From assembly GCA_016936575.1 (NCBI GenBank), contig JAFGXQ010000045.1, positions 70,664-134,663 on the forward strand: 64,000 bases of DNA. The letters run 5' to 3'. The DNA comes from Deltaproteobacteria bacterium (lineage in GTDB: Bacteria > Myxococcota_A > Polyangia > JAAYKL01). The notes beneath the pieces were generated by a model that searched no databases, was not told where the DNA came from, and worked only from the letters and a program-made list of their open reading frames with translations. Position 1 is the first letter of the stretch. The number at the start of each line of letters is the position of its first letter. Positions 1 to 9,038 of this stretch are shown here, piece after piece. The position numbers and the translations under genes were made by a program.

Positions 1-1835
1 GATTTTATGGTTTCTTCATCGGCGGGGTGTTCTTCTTTGTACATCTTAAGCGGCATTTTTCCGGTAATCCAGGCCGGATTCATCGGGTATGCCGAAGGTC
101 GGAATACCGCGGAATACAAATGCCACACCACTATGGCCAGTAACGCCAACCAGGCTTCGTAATAATGGATGATTAGCAATACATCGAGCAATCCCTTCGG
201 GAACATGCTCGCGGCGACATTATCTAACATCAGAAAGAAACCGGTCATCGACATAATCGCCGTGCCCCATACCAGGGCCCAGTACTCCGCCTTTTCCACA
301 TAGCTGAAGCGCCCGAACCGCGGATGTTCGCCTTTGCCGGTCACATTGTATTTGACCATCTGCAGCGCCTGAGTGACATCCATCCAGCGAGGCAGCATCC
401 CCTTCATGAAGGAACGGCCTTCCGCCGTGAACAAATAGCCCACATGAACAATGACAGTGAACACAAACACCATCGCCGAACCCCGATGAATCAATCCGCG
501 CATGGGCGCGCCGCCTTCCCATCCGAACAGAATATCCTCCCACCAGCTTCCCGAAAAGCGCAGCGCGAATCCGGTAACGCACAGCACGGTAAACGACAAC
601 ATCAGCAGAGAATGTTGCAGCACTGCCCAGCGGCTCATACGAACCACCTGATGTTTGGCATTGAAATGGTCTGCCAGCAGTTTTCGCAAATCGATGACGA
701 TATACACAATCATCGAACCGATCACCGCGAATATCAATGCGAAGTATATATTTTTCACCAGGTTGGCAATGGGTGTCCGTCCCTCACCGGGAGCCCCGTG
801 CACCGTGGTTTGCGCCATGGCTTCGTGAATATTATTATGACATTTTGAACATGTCTTTTTCAGATTGCTCGGATGAATAGAACTTTCCGGATCACTTTGA
901 GGTAAAATATCGTGATAGCCGTGGCACGACGCGCAATTGGCCACGGTAAGATCCCCCGCCTTGCTTTTCAACCCATGATAGGTGTCCACAAAACTTCTGA
1001 GCCGACCGGTGGGAATATTGAATTTTTCATTCAGCCGCGCGGATTCATGACACGGAGAACAGGTGGCTTCCGCCAATCGGGCGGCGTTCACAGGAGAGCG
1101 GTTGTCGTCGGGCGACAGAATTCCGTGCTCCCCATGACAATCGGTGCAAATCGGCGTATCGGTTTCTCCCCGTGCGGTCAGTTTGCCGTGAATTCCTTTC
1201 CAGTAGGCTTTTGCTTCCTTTTTATGGCATTTTCCGCAGGTATCGGGAATATTGAAGTGATTGATTGACGATGCCGAATCGCCGGGCGACAAAATTCGAT
1301 GTGCGGAATTTCCGGCGGAGTGGCAATCGTTGCATGCGGCAGCCTCGGGTTTCTTACCGTCTTTGGTGGCATGCCCGTGAACACTTTTCAGATATGTTTC
1401 CACCGCATCTGAAAACCAGAGATTATGCTTCTTAATCAACTTCGAATTCTGATGGCATTTCCCGCAGGTGACTGTCATATTCTTGGGGTGAACCTTCGAT
1501 TCGGGATCTGTATGCGGCAAAATTCCGTGTGTGCCGTGGCAATCTTTACACTTGGGTACATCGGCGTCGCCCACTTTACCACGCCCGTGCTCGGTATATG
1601 TCTCGACAGCGTCGTCATGGCAATCTCCGCACGCTACCGCCGCCATCTTCTCGGGATGTTCTCCCTCTTCAAGCACCGCTTCCGTATGACAATCGGTACA
1701 ATCCATGTCCTTATGGATGGAATGGGAATGCGCCTGTTCAATGGACTTCCCGTTGTCGTGGCATTTCAAACATGTCTCATCTGCCGCCGCGTTAAAAGAG
1801 TATAACAACAAAGCGAAAAAGAGATACTTTCTCAT
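1..1835 (-). CDS. Multiheme cytochrome c (11 CxxCH motifs) fused to a C-terminal di-heme cytochrome b membrane domain; CbcL-like. Partial: the C-terminus runs off the window start.
   Basis: Manual minus-strand translation from ATG at 1835: MRKYLFFALLLYSFNAAADETCLKCH... gives a signal peptide then 11 CxxCH (CLKCH, CTDCH, CGDCH, CKDCH, CGKCH, CNDCH, CGKCH, CTDCH, CSPCH, CASCH, CSKCH). About four TM helices with conserved His follow (HSLLMLSF, HRGSAMVFVFTVIVHVGY, IIHYYEAWL..WHLY), typical of the FdnI/HydC b-type fold. Absent from the ORF track only because there is no in-window stop. Confidence 0.85.
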   Translation of the reverse strand, partial: MRKYLFFALLLYSFNAAADETCLKCHDNGKSIEQAHSHSIHKDMDCTDCHTEAVLEEGEHPEKMAAVACGDCHDDAVETYTEHGRGKVGDADVPKCKDCHGTHGILPHTDPESKVHPKNMTVTCGKCHQNSKLIKKHNLWFSDAVETYLKSVHGHATKDGKKPEAAACNDCHSAGNSAHRILSPGDSASSINHFNIPDTCGKCHKKEAKAYWKGIHGKLTARGETDTPICTDCHGEHGILSPDDNRSPVNAARLAEATCSPCHESARLNEKFNIPTGRLRSFVDTYHGLKSKAGDLTVANCASCHGYHDILPQSDPESSIHPSNLKKTCSKCHNNIHEAMAQTTVHGAPGEGRTPIANLVKNIYFALIFAVIGSMIVYIVIDLRKLLADHFNAKHQVVRMSRWAVLQHSLLMLSFTVLCVTGFALRFSGSWWEDILFGWEGGAPMRGLIHRGSAMVFVFTVIVHVGYLFTAEGRSFMKGMLPRWMDVTQALQMVKYNVTGKGEHPRFGRFSYVEKAEYWALVWGTAIMSMTGFFLMLDNVAASMFPKGLLDVLLIIHYYEAWLALLAIVVWHLYSAVFRPSAYPMNPAWITGKMPLKMYKEEHPADEETIK

Positions 1836-1944
1836 TATGCCTAATTCCTTTAGCTGTATTTTTGTACAAGACCGCTGCCGATTATTGTACGGCAAAAACT
1901 GATTTATGCAAACGGGATATGGAATACCAACTTCGACGAAGACA

Positions 1945-1974
1945 GCGCCAGGTTGCGTAAATGTTATCTGGCGC
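1945..1974. terminator. GC-rich hairpin GCGCCAG-N16-CTGGCGC followed by TTTTCA; possible bidirectional terminator overlapping the stop of the 1964..3193 gene
   Basis: Perfect 7-bp inverted repeat read directly from the sequence. The T-tract follows on the plus strand; the minus-strand side is weakly U-rich. Confidence 0.2.
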
Positions 1975-3193
1975 TTTTCAATTTGGAAAGAACGGGATTG
2001 GCGTAAATATCCAGCAACAGTTCACGCTGTTCTTCAGCTACCTGCGACAACCGACGCTCCATCTCGGATTTCGTTTCGACATGCCTATCCAGGACGAACA
2101 CCTCTTCATCTTTTCCTACCGGAACATCAGGAACCGTTCCGTATCGCATCTCGTACGCTACCAGATTACTCGGATGAAGCACATAATTTCGCCATATCTG
2201 CTGGTCAACGGCGTCTGCCACCTGCTCCGGGGTTTCGAACTCCCCTGCTACTACTTCACCAAAATGCACATGGACCGCCCCCTTCCTGCCGGTAATCCCC
2301 TGGCCGATACTCTTCAAGTCCTCGTGCTCTTCTTTCTCGTACACGCCGCCGTCCGCTTTGTGACTCAACTCAATCACTTTGGCAACGTCGCAGGGGTCCC
2401 ATTCATAAGAAATCGAAATCGGCACCAACTGAAGCGAGGAAATGAACCCGGACAGCGTTTCAGTTTTGCGGTCCCGACTCATCGACAACATTTTCATGAT
2501 AGCGGGTTCTGTTTTATCGAGACTGTCTTTCGCTCTGCCTTCCCGCTGGGCTATCCAGATAGACTCTCTTTCCTCCAGCAGTGAAAACCGAATATACTCG
2601 GATAGCTTTTTATACGCAGCCAACATCTGACGCCCGATGGCTGACCGATTCACAATGAAGCTCTTATTCAGACGCATCAAATCCGATGCGAACGGCTTCG
2701 AAAGCAGGTTGTCTCCGATGGCAATCCGAACAGTCTCGTGATCATTGTGATACAACGCATAGCTGACAAACGCCGGGTCCAAAGCAATATCCCGATGATT
2801 ACTCATAAACAGATATGCATTCCCCTGCTTCAGGTCATCGATTCCGCCGACCGAAAAATCACTGGTCGTCGACTCTATCATGCGGTCCATATATTTCTTA
2901 ACAATCTGCTGAAAGGACTTTACATCCGCAACGTTGCACAGTTCCTGCCTCAACGCCGCCTTCACAACCGTACGCGCCAGCGGCGGAATAATGGGTTGCA
3001 TCCTGGGCAGCTTCATTTTGGCCACAGTATCGAGCAGCTCTTTATCTGCGATTAGTCGCGCAAGAACGCCATTTACTTCAGTGTCCGCATATGGCCGAAT
3101 ATCATCATAATTTTCCAACATTCGCTCCTTCGTTTTCGCCGAACCCAAACGAAGGCGAGACCATACCGAAATGATCCCTACGTGTCGCCACAA
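1964..3193 (-). CDS. Acyltransferase of the lysophospholipid/glycerol-phosphate acyltransferase superfamily (HX4D motif)
   Basis: 409 aa. The motif FMSNHRDIALDPAF matches the catalytic HX4D box of PlsC/LPLAT-type acyltransferases. No signal peptide. Confidence 0.55.
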   Translation of the reverse strand: MWRHVGIISVWSRLRLGSAKTKERMLENYDDIRPYADTEVNGVLARLIADKELLDTVAKMKLPRMQPIIPPLARTVVKAALRQELCNVADVKSFQQIVKKYMDRMIESTTSDFSVGGIDDLKQGNAYLFMSNHRDIALDPAFVSYALYHNDHETVRIAIGDNLLSKPFASDLMRLNKSFIVNRSAIGRQMLAAYKKLSEYIRFSLLEERESIWIAQREGRAKDSLDKTEPAIMKMLSMSRDRKTETLSGFISSLQLVPISISYEWDPCDVAKVIELSHKADGGVYEKEEHEDLKSIGQGITGRKGAVHVHFGEVVAGEFETPEQVADAVDQQIWRNYVLHPSNLVAYEMRYGTVPDVPVGKDEEVFVLDRHVETKSEMERRLSQVAEEQRELLLDIYANPVLSKLKSAR

Positions 3194-3319
3194 AAACGCA
3201 CGTCATATTAAAAAACGCGCCTTTTCGAATCATTCACGTCGTGATTTCACCACTTGCGAGCAAACCACATTCTCATGTACGTTACCCACGTATCACGGCG
3301 CAGTCGCAGCGGTTGTGCG

Positions 3320-4834
3320 TTAAATGGATTCTACAACGATTTTATCTTTTTCCGGATCATATACGAAGGTACATCGACTAAGTGCTTGTTTCACTAAAAA
3401 TTTGCGTCCCATAATTGAAATCTGAGTTCCGGGATACACTATTTTGTGTACAACCACCCTGAACTCACAGCACACGAGTCGCTCTCTGGTCTTGGTGGCC
3501 AGCAGCGAGGACAATTCAGTGCGTTTTTTTTGCAATTCTTTCAGTGTGGCCAACACCTTCTCAATGGCGGCCACTTCATTTTCTGATTTTCCGGTGATAT
3601 CGGGCACGCCGTCTTCACATCCCAAAAATCGATTAATCTCCTGAATCGCCTCATTTACCGAAGCGCGCTCAGAGATAATCGCATTTTCGTCTTCTGTACG
3701 CTTTCCCAACTCGATTAGTGTATCCACCTCTTTAGGGCTGCCGATCTCCTTGGCCTCGACCCATTTTGAACACACAATATGCCCGCCTCGGATAATCCCT
3801 TTTCCGGAGGTAACTTTCACATTGTCGCCGGCCAGCACATCGCAGTTGTGCAAATTGTTCGCCACCACTACATCTCCATCGGCTTTCAGCTTCGCGTTTT
3901 GCGCGAACCGGGTGTAAATGGCACCCTTGGCGGTAAAAGACGACTCAATCCCCCCCTGTTTCAGTTCAATATCTCCCCCACTGTAAATAGTCACCTCTTT
4001 CACGGTTTTTCCCACAATTACATTGCCGGACGCACTCACCTCAAACCCGGGCGCCACAGTACCTCGTATTCGAATGGAGCCCGATTCCATGTGAATGTTT
4101 CCTGTATGAAAATCAACGTCTCCCGAATGTTCGAACACTTCGGTGATGCTGAGTACGCTGTGGGCGAATTGGATCATTCCACCGGCAACAGCACGAATTT
4201 CACCGAATTCCGAAATCGACACATTGTCACCAGCCTCGAACACCACATTCTTGCCGGAGCGCGCGGCTACCGCATTCCCAAATACATCGCACCCCGGACG
4301 TCCTTCCGTCGGGAAAGTCATCTTGCCCAGCAACTCACCCTTTTTCACAGTCGCAACAAACCCGCGCTCATGATAATCCACCCGATGATGTTCATCTTCC
4401 TCCCCCACCTGAATATCTGTCTGTATCAGCAGCTTCAGTTCCCCATCCCAACCGTCAATGGGCACAGTGCCTTCAGCCAGCACCAATCGCTCCGACTCGT
4501 CCGCCGATAACACCTTCTGTCGAATCCGGTCAAGCGCGTCTTCCGCAGGCGGAACAACAACAGACGCCGCCTGAAACGCCTGCTCGAGAAGGGGCTGGCT
4601 CAATGGAACACCATCTCCACGCGCATCATACGCCTGTTTCAGGAGAACCTGCATATTGTCATCAGAAACCGTCACCTCGATATGCGCATCCAGGTTTTTC
4701 ACCGCCGCCATGAAAACCCCATGCCCCGCATCCACCAACTCCATATTCTCCGCTGAAACGCCCAACACCGAAGTAGCCTGTTGTAGCGCCGCATCCCTGG
4801 TTTCGGCTTCCACTGTTGCGGTAAACTTATCCAT
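3320..4834 (-). CDS. FapA-like protein (DUF342, flagellar-assembly-protein-A family)
   Basis: 504 aa. N-terminal domain, then a central beta-helix with repeated G[ND][VI]x[VI] turns (SGNVIVGKTV, GGDIELKQG, DGDVVVANNL, GDNVKVTSGKG), then a C-terminal coiled coil and a Cys pair. Architecture typical of DUF342. Confidence 0.55.
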   Translation of the reverse strand: MDKFTATVEAETRDAALQQATSVLGVSAENMELVDAGHGVFMAAVKNLDAHIEVTVSDDNMQVLLKQAYDARGDGVPLSQPLLEQAFQAASVVVPPAEDALDRIRQKVLSADESERLVLAEGTVPIDGWDGELKLLIQTDIQVGEEDEHHRVDYHERGFVATVKKGELLGKMTFPTEGRPGCDVFGNAVAARSGKNVVFEAGDNVSISEFGEIRAVAGGMIQFAHSVLSITEVFEHSGDVDFHTGNIHMESGSIRIRGTVAPGFEVSASGNVIVGKTVKEVTIYSGGDIELKQGGIESSFTAKGAIYTRFAQNAKLKADGDVVVANNLHNCDVLAGDNVKVTSGKGIIRGGHIVCSKWVEAKEIGSPKEVDTLIELGKRTEDENAIISERASVNEAIQEINRFLGCEDGVPDITGKSENEVAAIEKVLATLKELQKKRTELSSLLATKTRERLVCCEFRVVVHKIVYPGTQISIMGRKFLVKQALSRCTFVYDPEKDKIVVESI

Positions 4835-5089
4835 CCTCCGTCTCCTTTTTCAATGCGCCCCCTCTCCTTCATATATAATATCGGCAACTTCCGAGAGAAC
4901 TTGAGTCATCCCCCACCCTGCGGTCTGATTTGGACAACGGCGAAACACCCGTTGCGCCAAAATACCTCACAACAATTATCGTAACTCCACCGCTAAAGTC
5001 GCTGGAAATAATCGCAGAAAAAAAAAACAGATTTGCTGGTATTCTGGTATTGTAGACAGCAATCATCGCCCTGATTATTCAACGAATTT

Positions 5090-5827
5090 GTGTTGTTTAC
5101 AGGAGACATGAACTTACTTGGAGTACCACTGATGATTCATAGAATGAATGTACAGGAGGCGGCCGATATCCTTCGAATGCTCCGGCTGAGTATGTGCACA
5201 GCAGTAACGTTCCTTACATTTTCGCTCTCGGCATCCGCGCAGACCACGCAGGCTGAAGCGGCCGTTCCCTCTCCTCCCCTACTTCCCATGCCTGTTCAGA
5301 AACCGACGGCTCAGCACCAAGTGGAAGCTGTGATGGGACGAAATATGGACCGGGAATACCAGCGATATGCCGCAGTTGCGCAATACGCACCGGAACTCGA
5401 TGCCGGGTTCGCTGATTTTCTGTATGACGAGTACACCGCAAAACGCAACTCCGGTATTGTATTGGCCGGAGTCGCCACGCCGCTTGTATTAAGTTTTACC
5501 GCATTGGGTGTAGTTGGACTATATCGTGCCGGTGCACGGGATGAAGGCGGATTCTGCAACCACGAGTACTACGATGAATTCACAGAACAATACGAAACCG
5601 ACTGCAAAGGCGACTATGGAGAAGTGACCGGCATTATCCTCATCTCCACAGTGGGCGGTCTCACAGCAGCCGCGCTGTTCCTGCCGGGGCTGATCAAAAT
5701 CCTAAAATACAATAAACGAATCCGGCGACTGGAACCGCTGGTCGCCGCTCCGACAGCCGCACAGCAGCCGTCCCGATTCACTTTTGGAATGGGCCCTCGT
5801 TCACTCTCTCTGAGCATGCAATTCTAA
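5090..5827 (+). CDS. Hypothetical secreted/membrane protein. The likely true start is the internal Met near 5177, giving signal peptide MLRLSMCTAVTFLTFSLSASAQT.
   Basis: Signal peptide followed by one internal hydrophobic segment (GIILISTVGGLTAAALFLPGLI). No recognisable domain. Confidence 0.4.
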   Translation: MLFTGDMNLLGVPLMIHRMNVQEAADILRMLRLSMCTAVTFLTFSLSASAQTTQAEAAVPSPPLLPMPVQKPTAQHQVEAVMGRNMDREYQRYAAVAQYAPELDAGFADFLYDEYTAKRNSGIVLAGVATPLVLSFTALGVVGLYRAGARDEGGFCNHEYYDEFTEQYETDCKGDYGEVTGIILISTVGGLTAAALFLPGLIKILKYNKRIRRLEPLVAAPTAAQQPSRFTFGMGPRSLSLSMQF

Positions 5828-5937
5828 TTTTCGATACCGCTTGTGCACAACAATTGGCACAGCAATCGGCACGGCAACGGGTTGCGTGACTGTGTGACAC
5901 ATAGTACACTTGGTGGCTACATCACCAGGAGTGCTTT

Positions 5938-6939
5938 ATGAAACCAGGGGTTCCGATATCAATTTTCTGTCTATTGCTTTGCACACAGCCGACACTGGCT
6001 GATGAACCGGACGATGAGGCATCTGCGGCATTCCAGGAGGGCATTCGGTTGTACGAAGCGGGGGAATACCCTCAATCTGCAACCGCGTTTCGCCGTGCCC
6101 ATTCGCTGAAGGCGAACTGGCGCCTTCTGTACAATATCGGTCAAGCGGAAGCCGCATCGAAGCGACCGGGAATTGCGCTGCAATCGTTTGAAGAATATCT
6201 GACAACGGGCGGCGACGATATACCCGAACAACGACGCGCCGAGGTAATGGAAGAAATTCGACGTTTGCGTGAGCTGGTAGGCGCACTTGAAATTGAAGCG
6301 CCCGAAAGCGCCGTAGTGTATATCGATGATGTCGAACGAGGCACAACGCCGTTGCCCGGATCTATCATGATTTCTGCCGGTGCAACGCACCGGGTTCGCG
6401 TTGTGCATAGCAATAAAGCAATTCTGGATAGGACTGTTCGGCTAAGTGGACGACAAACAAAAACATTACATGTGTCAGAAGATGGGCCAGAAGACGACGC
6501 CGCATCTTCGACAGAAGCCCCCTCCCCTTCTTCTGATACAGAAGCCACAGTGAATGAAGCTGCCGAACCAACCCCTGCGAATCCGTTGCCGAAATCAAAG
6601 CTGAAACCTATCGGAATCGCCATTCTGTCCACCGGCAGCGTGGTGCTTGCAGCGGGTATTGTCACTGGAGGGATAGCGCTTTCGAAGGAAAAGGAACTGA
6701 ACAGCATGTGCAACGGTTCTATCTGCTACGACACAAAGGCTGCCGACACGCTCAATAGCCGCGACAGGTTGGCAGTCGCGACCGATATTCTGATTCCCGT
6801 CGGCGCCGTGCTCGCTACGATAGGAGGTATTTTACTCATTGCGAACGCGAAAAAACAGTCTGAACGGGCTGTGCGAATTCAACCTGCGACCGGTAGCCAT
6901 TTCGCCGGTGTGGCACTGCACGGAGAGTTTTCGCTATGA
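5938..6939 (+). CDS. Secreted TPR-like plus PEGA-domain protein with a C-terminal transmembrane anchor
   Basis: Signal peptide MKPGVPISIFCLLLCTQPTLA and a TPR-like helix pair (AFQEGIRLYEAGEYPQSATAFRRA). The PEGA-like segment is AVVYIDDVERGTTPLPGSIMISAGATHRVRVV. An acidic/Pro linker and a TM helix (IAILSTGSVVLAAGIVTGGIAL) follow. Confidence 0.5.
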   Translation: MKPGVPISIFCLLLCTQPTLADEPDDEASAAFQEGIRLYEAGEYPQSATAFRRAHSLKANWRLLYNIGQAEAASKRPGIALQSFEEYLTTGGDDIPEQRRAEVMEEIRRLRELVGALEIEAPESAVVYIDDVERGTTPLPGSIMISAGATHRVRVVHSNKAILDRTVRLSGRQTKTLHVSEDGPEDDAASSTEAPSPSSDTEATVNEAAEPTPANPLPKSKLKPIGIAILSTGSVVLAAGIVTGGIALSKEKELNSMCNGSICYDTKAADTLNSRDRLAVATDILIPVGAVLATIGGILLIANAKKQSERAVRIQPATGSHFAGVALHGEFSL

Positions 6940-7673
6940 TGTTTTCCAAAACAAAAATTGTCTGCCTGATTGTCACCGGATTGCTGTGCGCGTGTCAGGC
7001 AATTCTTGAAAAAGAATACCATATCGTAACCGACTCGGATTCCATTTCGGACACATCGAACGATTCTGACTCCGGGACAGATTCCGAATCAGATCCCGAT
7101 GAGCACGACACCACATCTGACTCTATGGTGGACACGGAAACCGGAAGCGACTCGCTGAGTGCTCCCGGCGAAATAATACTATATGCAACCGACAATGTTC
7201 CCAACTCGCTGGAGGGAAGTCGCAGCGCCGCACGAAGTGTTTGCAGAGATGCTGCCAATGCATTCTTTGGAGAAAATCATACGTATCATATTGAAATGTT
7301 CATTTCCATGTCGGCGGAAGATACAATCGCACTGATGCCGCAAACCTTCGGATTCTCTCATGAGAGTCGAGTAGTGGGACCGAATACGGTAGAGATCGCG
7401 TCTTCGTGGACGGATCTGTTTTCTGGAGATCTGTCAGCCACACTCATGGAGGCGAATGTTACGGGCGGCGAAACCGACACTTATCCGTACTGGTGGAGCG
7501 GCAGCAATTCATCCGGCGGCCTGGCTTCCGCCTGCAGCGGCTGGACCATCACCGACGACACGCAAAATGCCACACTTGGCGCATTGGATTCATATGGCCC
7601 TTCGTGGCTGACGTCAGACACTACCAGTTGCGACGGCTGGTGGCGATTCCTTTGCATCGCCTTTGAGGAATAA
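6936..7673 (+). CDS. Lipoprotein with acidic D/S/T tether and a Cys/Trp-containing C-terminal domain
   Basis: Lipobox LLCAC. Low-complexity SDSISDTSNDSDSGTDSESDPDE; conserved-looking C-terminus GWTITDD...SCDGWWRFLCIAFEE. Confidence 0.5.
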   Translation: MMFSKTKIVCLIVTGLLCACQAILEKEYHIVTDSDSISDTSNDSDSGTDSESDPDEHDTTSDSMVDTETGSDSLSAPGEIILYATDNVPNSLEGSRSAARSVCRDAANAFFGENHTYHIEMFISMSAEDTIALMPQTFGFSHESRVVGPNTVEIASSWTDLFSGDLSATLMEANVTGGETDTYPYWWSGSNSSGGLASACSGWTITDDTQNATLGALDSYGPSWLTSDTTSCDGWWRFLCIAFEE

Positions 7674-7826
7674 CACACCGAAAACACCGGACACCACAGG
7701 TACAGTAGATTATTGCACAATGATCAGAATACCTGATGTTCGGTGACATCAAAACCACAGAGTGATACACTACCCCCTTCAGAATAATTTCCTGTCTCGG
7801 CGTTGCCGGGCAACCGAACGGAATAG

Positions 7827-9023
7827 ATGATGAGGAACAATTTTCTATTACTTATTTTGGCAACAATTTTACTGTGCGGTACCGGATGTGACGACGGAGG
7901 CTCCGATGTGCGCCCCGGAACCGATGGTGACACAGATTCAGATACCGATGGCGATACGGATTCAGATGCGGATTCGGATACGGATGCTGACACGGATAGC
8001 GACACCGACAGTGATACTGACAGTGATGCAGATACCGATGGTGATACCGATGGTGATACCGATAGTGACAGCGATAGTGACAGTGATACCGACGCCGATA
8101 CCGACAGCAACGCCGACCCTGCTTCACTGATCACACCCATTGAACGAAACGGCGCATACGTACTGGAGTTTGAGTACAATGGAAACACATGGCACCTCGA
8201 AGCCCGACCGGACAACGCCGGCCGAATCGTTTCGTTTCAGCTCAATGACGCCGAAATCATCGCCGACAATACCATCGGCGCGTTGTACGGTTCTGACTTT
8301 CTGATCAGCCCTCAATCCAGCTTTGAAAACAGCAACTGGCCGCCGCCGAGCGATATGTACGCCACGCCGTACACCGCAAGTGCCGACGAAGAGAACGGCA
8401 GCATCACGATGCAAAGCGGCAACATCTCGTATGTGGGGGTAGTTTGGTCCATCACCAAAACCTATTCCGTGGACCTCGACGAAAAAGCGATTGTTCTGGA
8501 ATACACCTTTACCAATGAAGGTTCTGCCCCCCAGAGCGGCGCACCGTGGGAAATCACCCGAGTGCGGAGCGGTGGCTTATCGTTCTTCCCCATGGGGAGC
8601 GGTGCCATTACCTCCGGTCCCAGCTGGTTTACCGAATATCCGAACGAAGAATTGAACGGCACGGTTTGGTGCGATCATAGCGAAATTCAATCCTCCGGCG
8701 ACTATAAACTGTTCACCGACGGGTCGGACGGCTGGCTCGCGCACACCGACGGGACGCTGGTATTTGTAAAAACGTTTGACGACATTCCCGACGGATCTGA
8801 AGCACCAGACGAAGGCGAGATTGAACTGTACGGCAACCCCAACTACGAGGAAGTAGAACAGCAGGGCGCGTATGAATCAGTTCCCGCTGGCGAATCCGCT
8901 ACCTGGACAGTGAAATGGTACCTTCGTGACTTGCCGGTCGATGCCTCTGCCTCCGCAGGCGATACCCCCCTGCTCAATTTCGTTGAAGCCATCGCCCTGG
9001 GTGACGGCGGAAACACGTTCTAA
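7827..9023 (+). CDS. Lipoprotein with a ~75-aa (D-T/S-D-G) acidic repeat tether and a ~290-aa globular domain of unknown function
   Basis: Lipobox LLCGTGC. Repeat [29 protein letters not shown]... encoded by DNA tandem repeats at 7905..8127. Confidence 0.55.
   Translation: MMRNNFLLLILATILLCGTGCDDGGSDVRPGTDGDTDSDTDGDTDSDADSDTDADTDSDTDSDTDSDADTDGDTDGDTDSDSDSDSDTDADTDSNADPASLITPIERNGAYVLEFEYNGNTWHLEARPDNAGRIVSFQLNDAEIIADNTIGALYGSDFLISPQSSFENSNWPPPSDMYATPYTASADEENGSITMQSGNISYVGVVWSITKTYSVDLDEKAIVLEYTFTNEGSAPQSGAPWEITRVRSGGLSFFPMGSGAITSGPSWFTEYPNEELNGTVWCDHSEIQSSGDYKLFTDGSDGWLAHTDGTLVFVKTFDDIPDGSEAPDEGEIELYGNPNYEEVEQQGAYESVPAGESATWTVKWYLRDLPVDASASAGDTPLLNFVEAIALGDGGNTF
7905..8127 (+). repeat. Coding tandem repeat (period 6/12 nt, gatacc/gatagc/gacagt units) encoding the poly(D-T/S/G) tether
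   Basis: Direct reading: gataccgatggcgatacggattcagatgcggattcggatacggatgctgac... It generates shadow ORFs in other frames (7852..8127 minus, 7888..8130 plus). Confidence 0.8.
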
Positions 9024-9038
9024 GCACACAGCATCCGG

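Noticed and set aside
220-1805. Several plus-strand ORFs (324..848, 912..1268, 1425..1805, 1529..1795) and a minus-frame ORF (220..582) in the ORF track
   Set aside because: All lie inside the multiheme cytochrome gene. Their translations are low-complexity Arg/Gly/His-rich with no signal peptides or motifs. The true gene is the other minus-strand frame with 11 CxxCH, which has no in-window stop.
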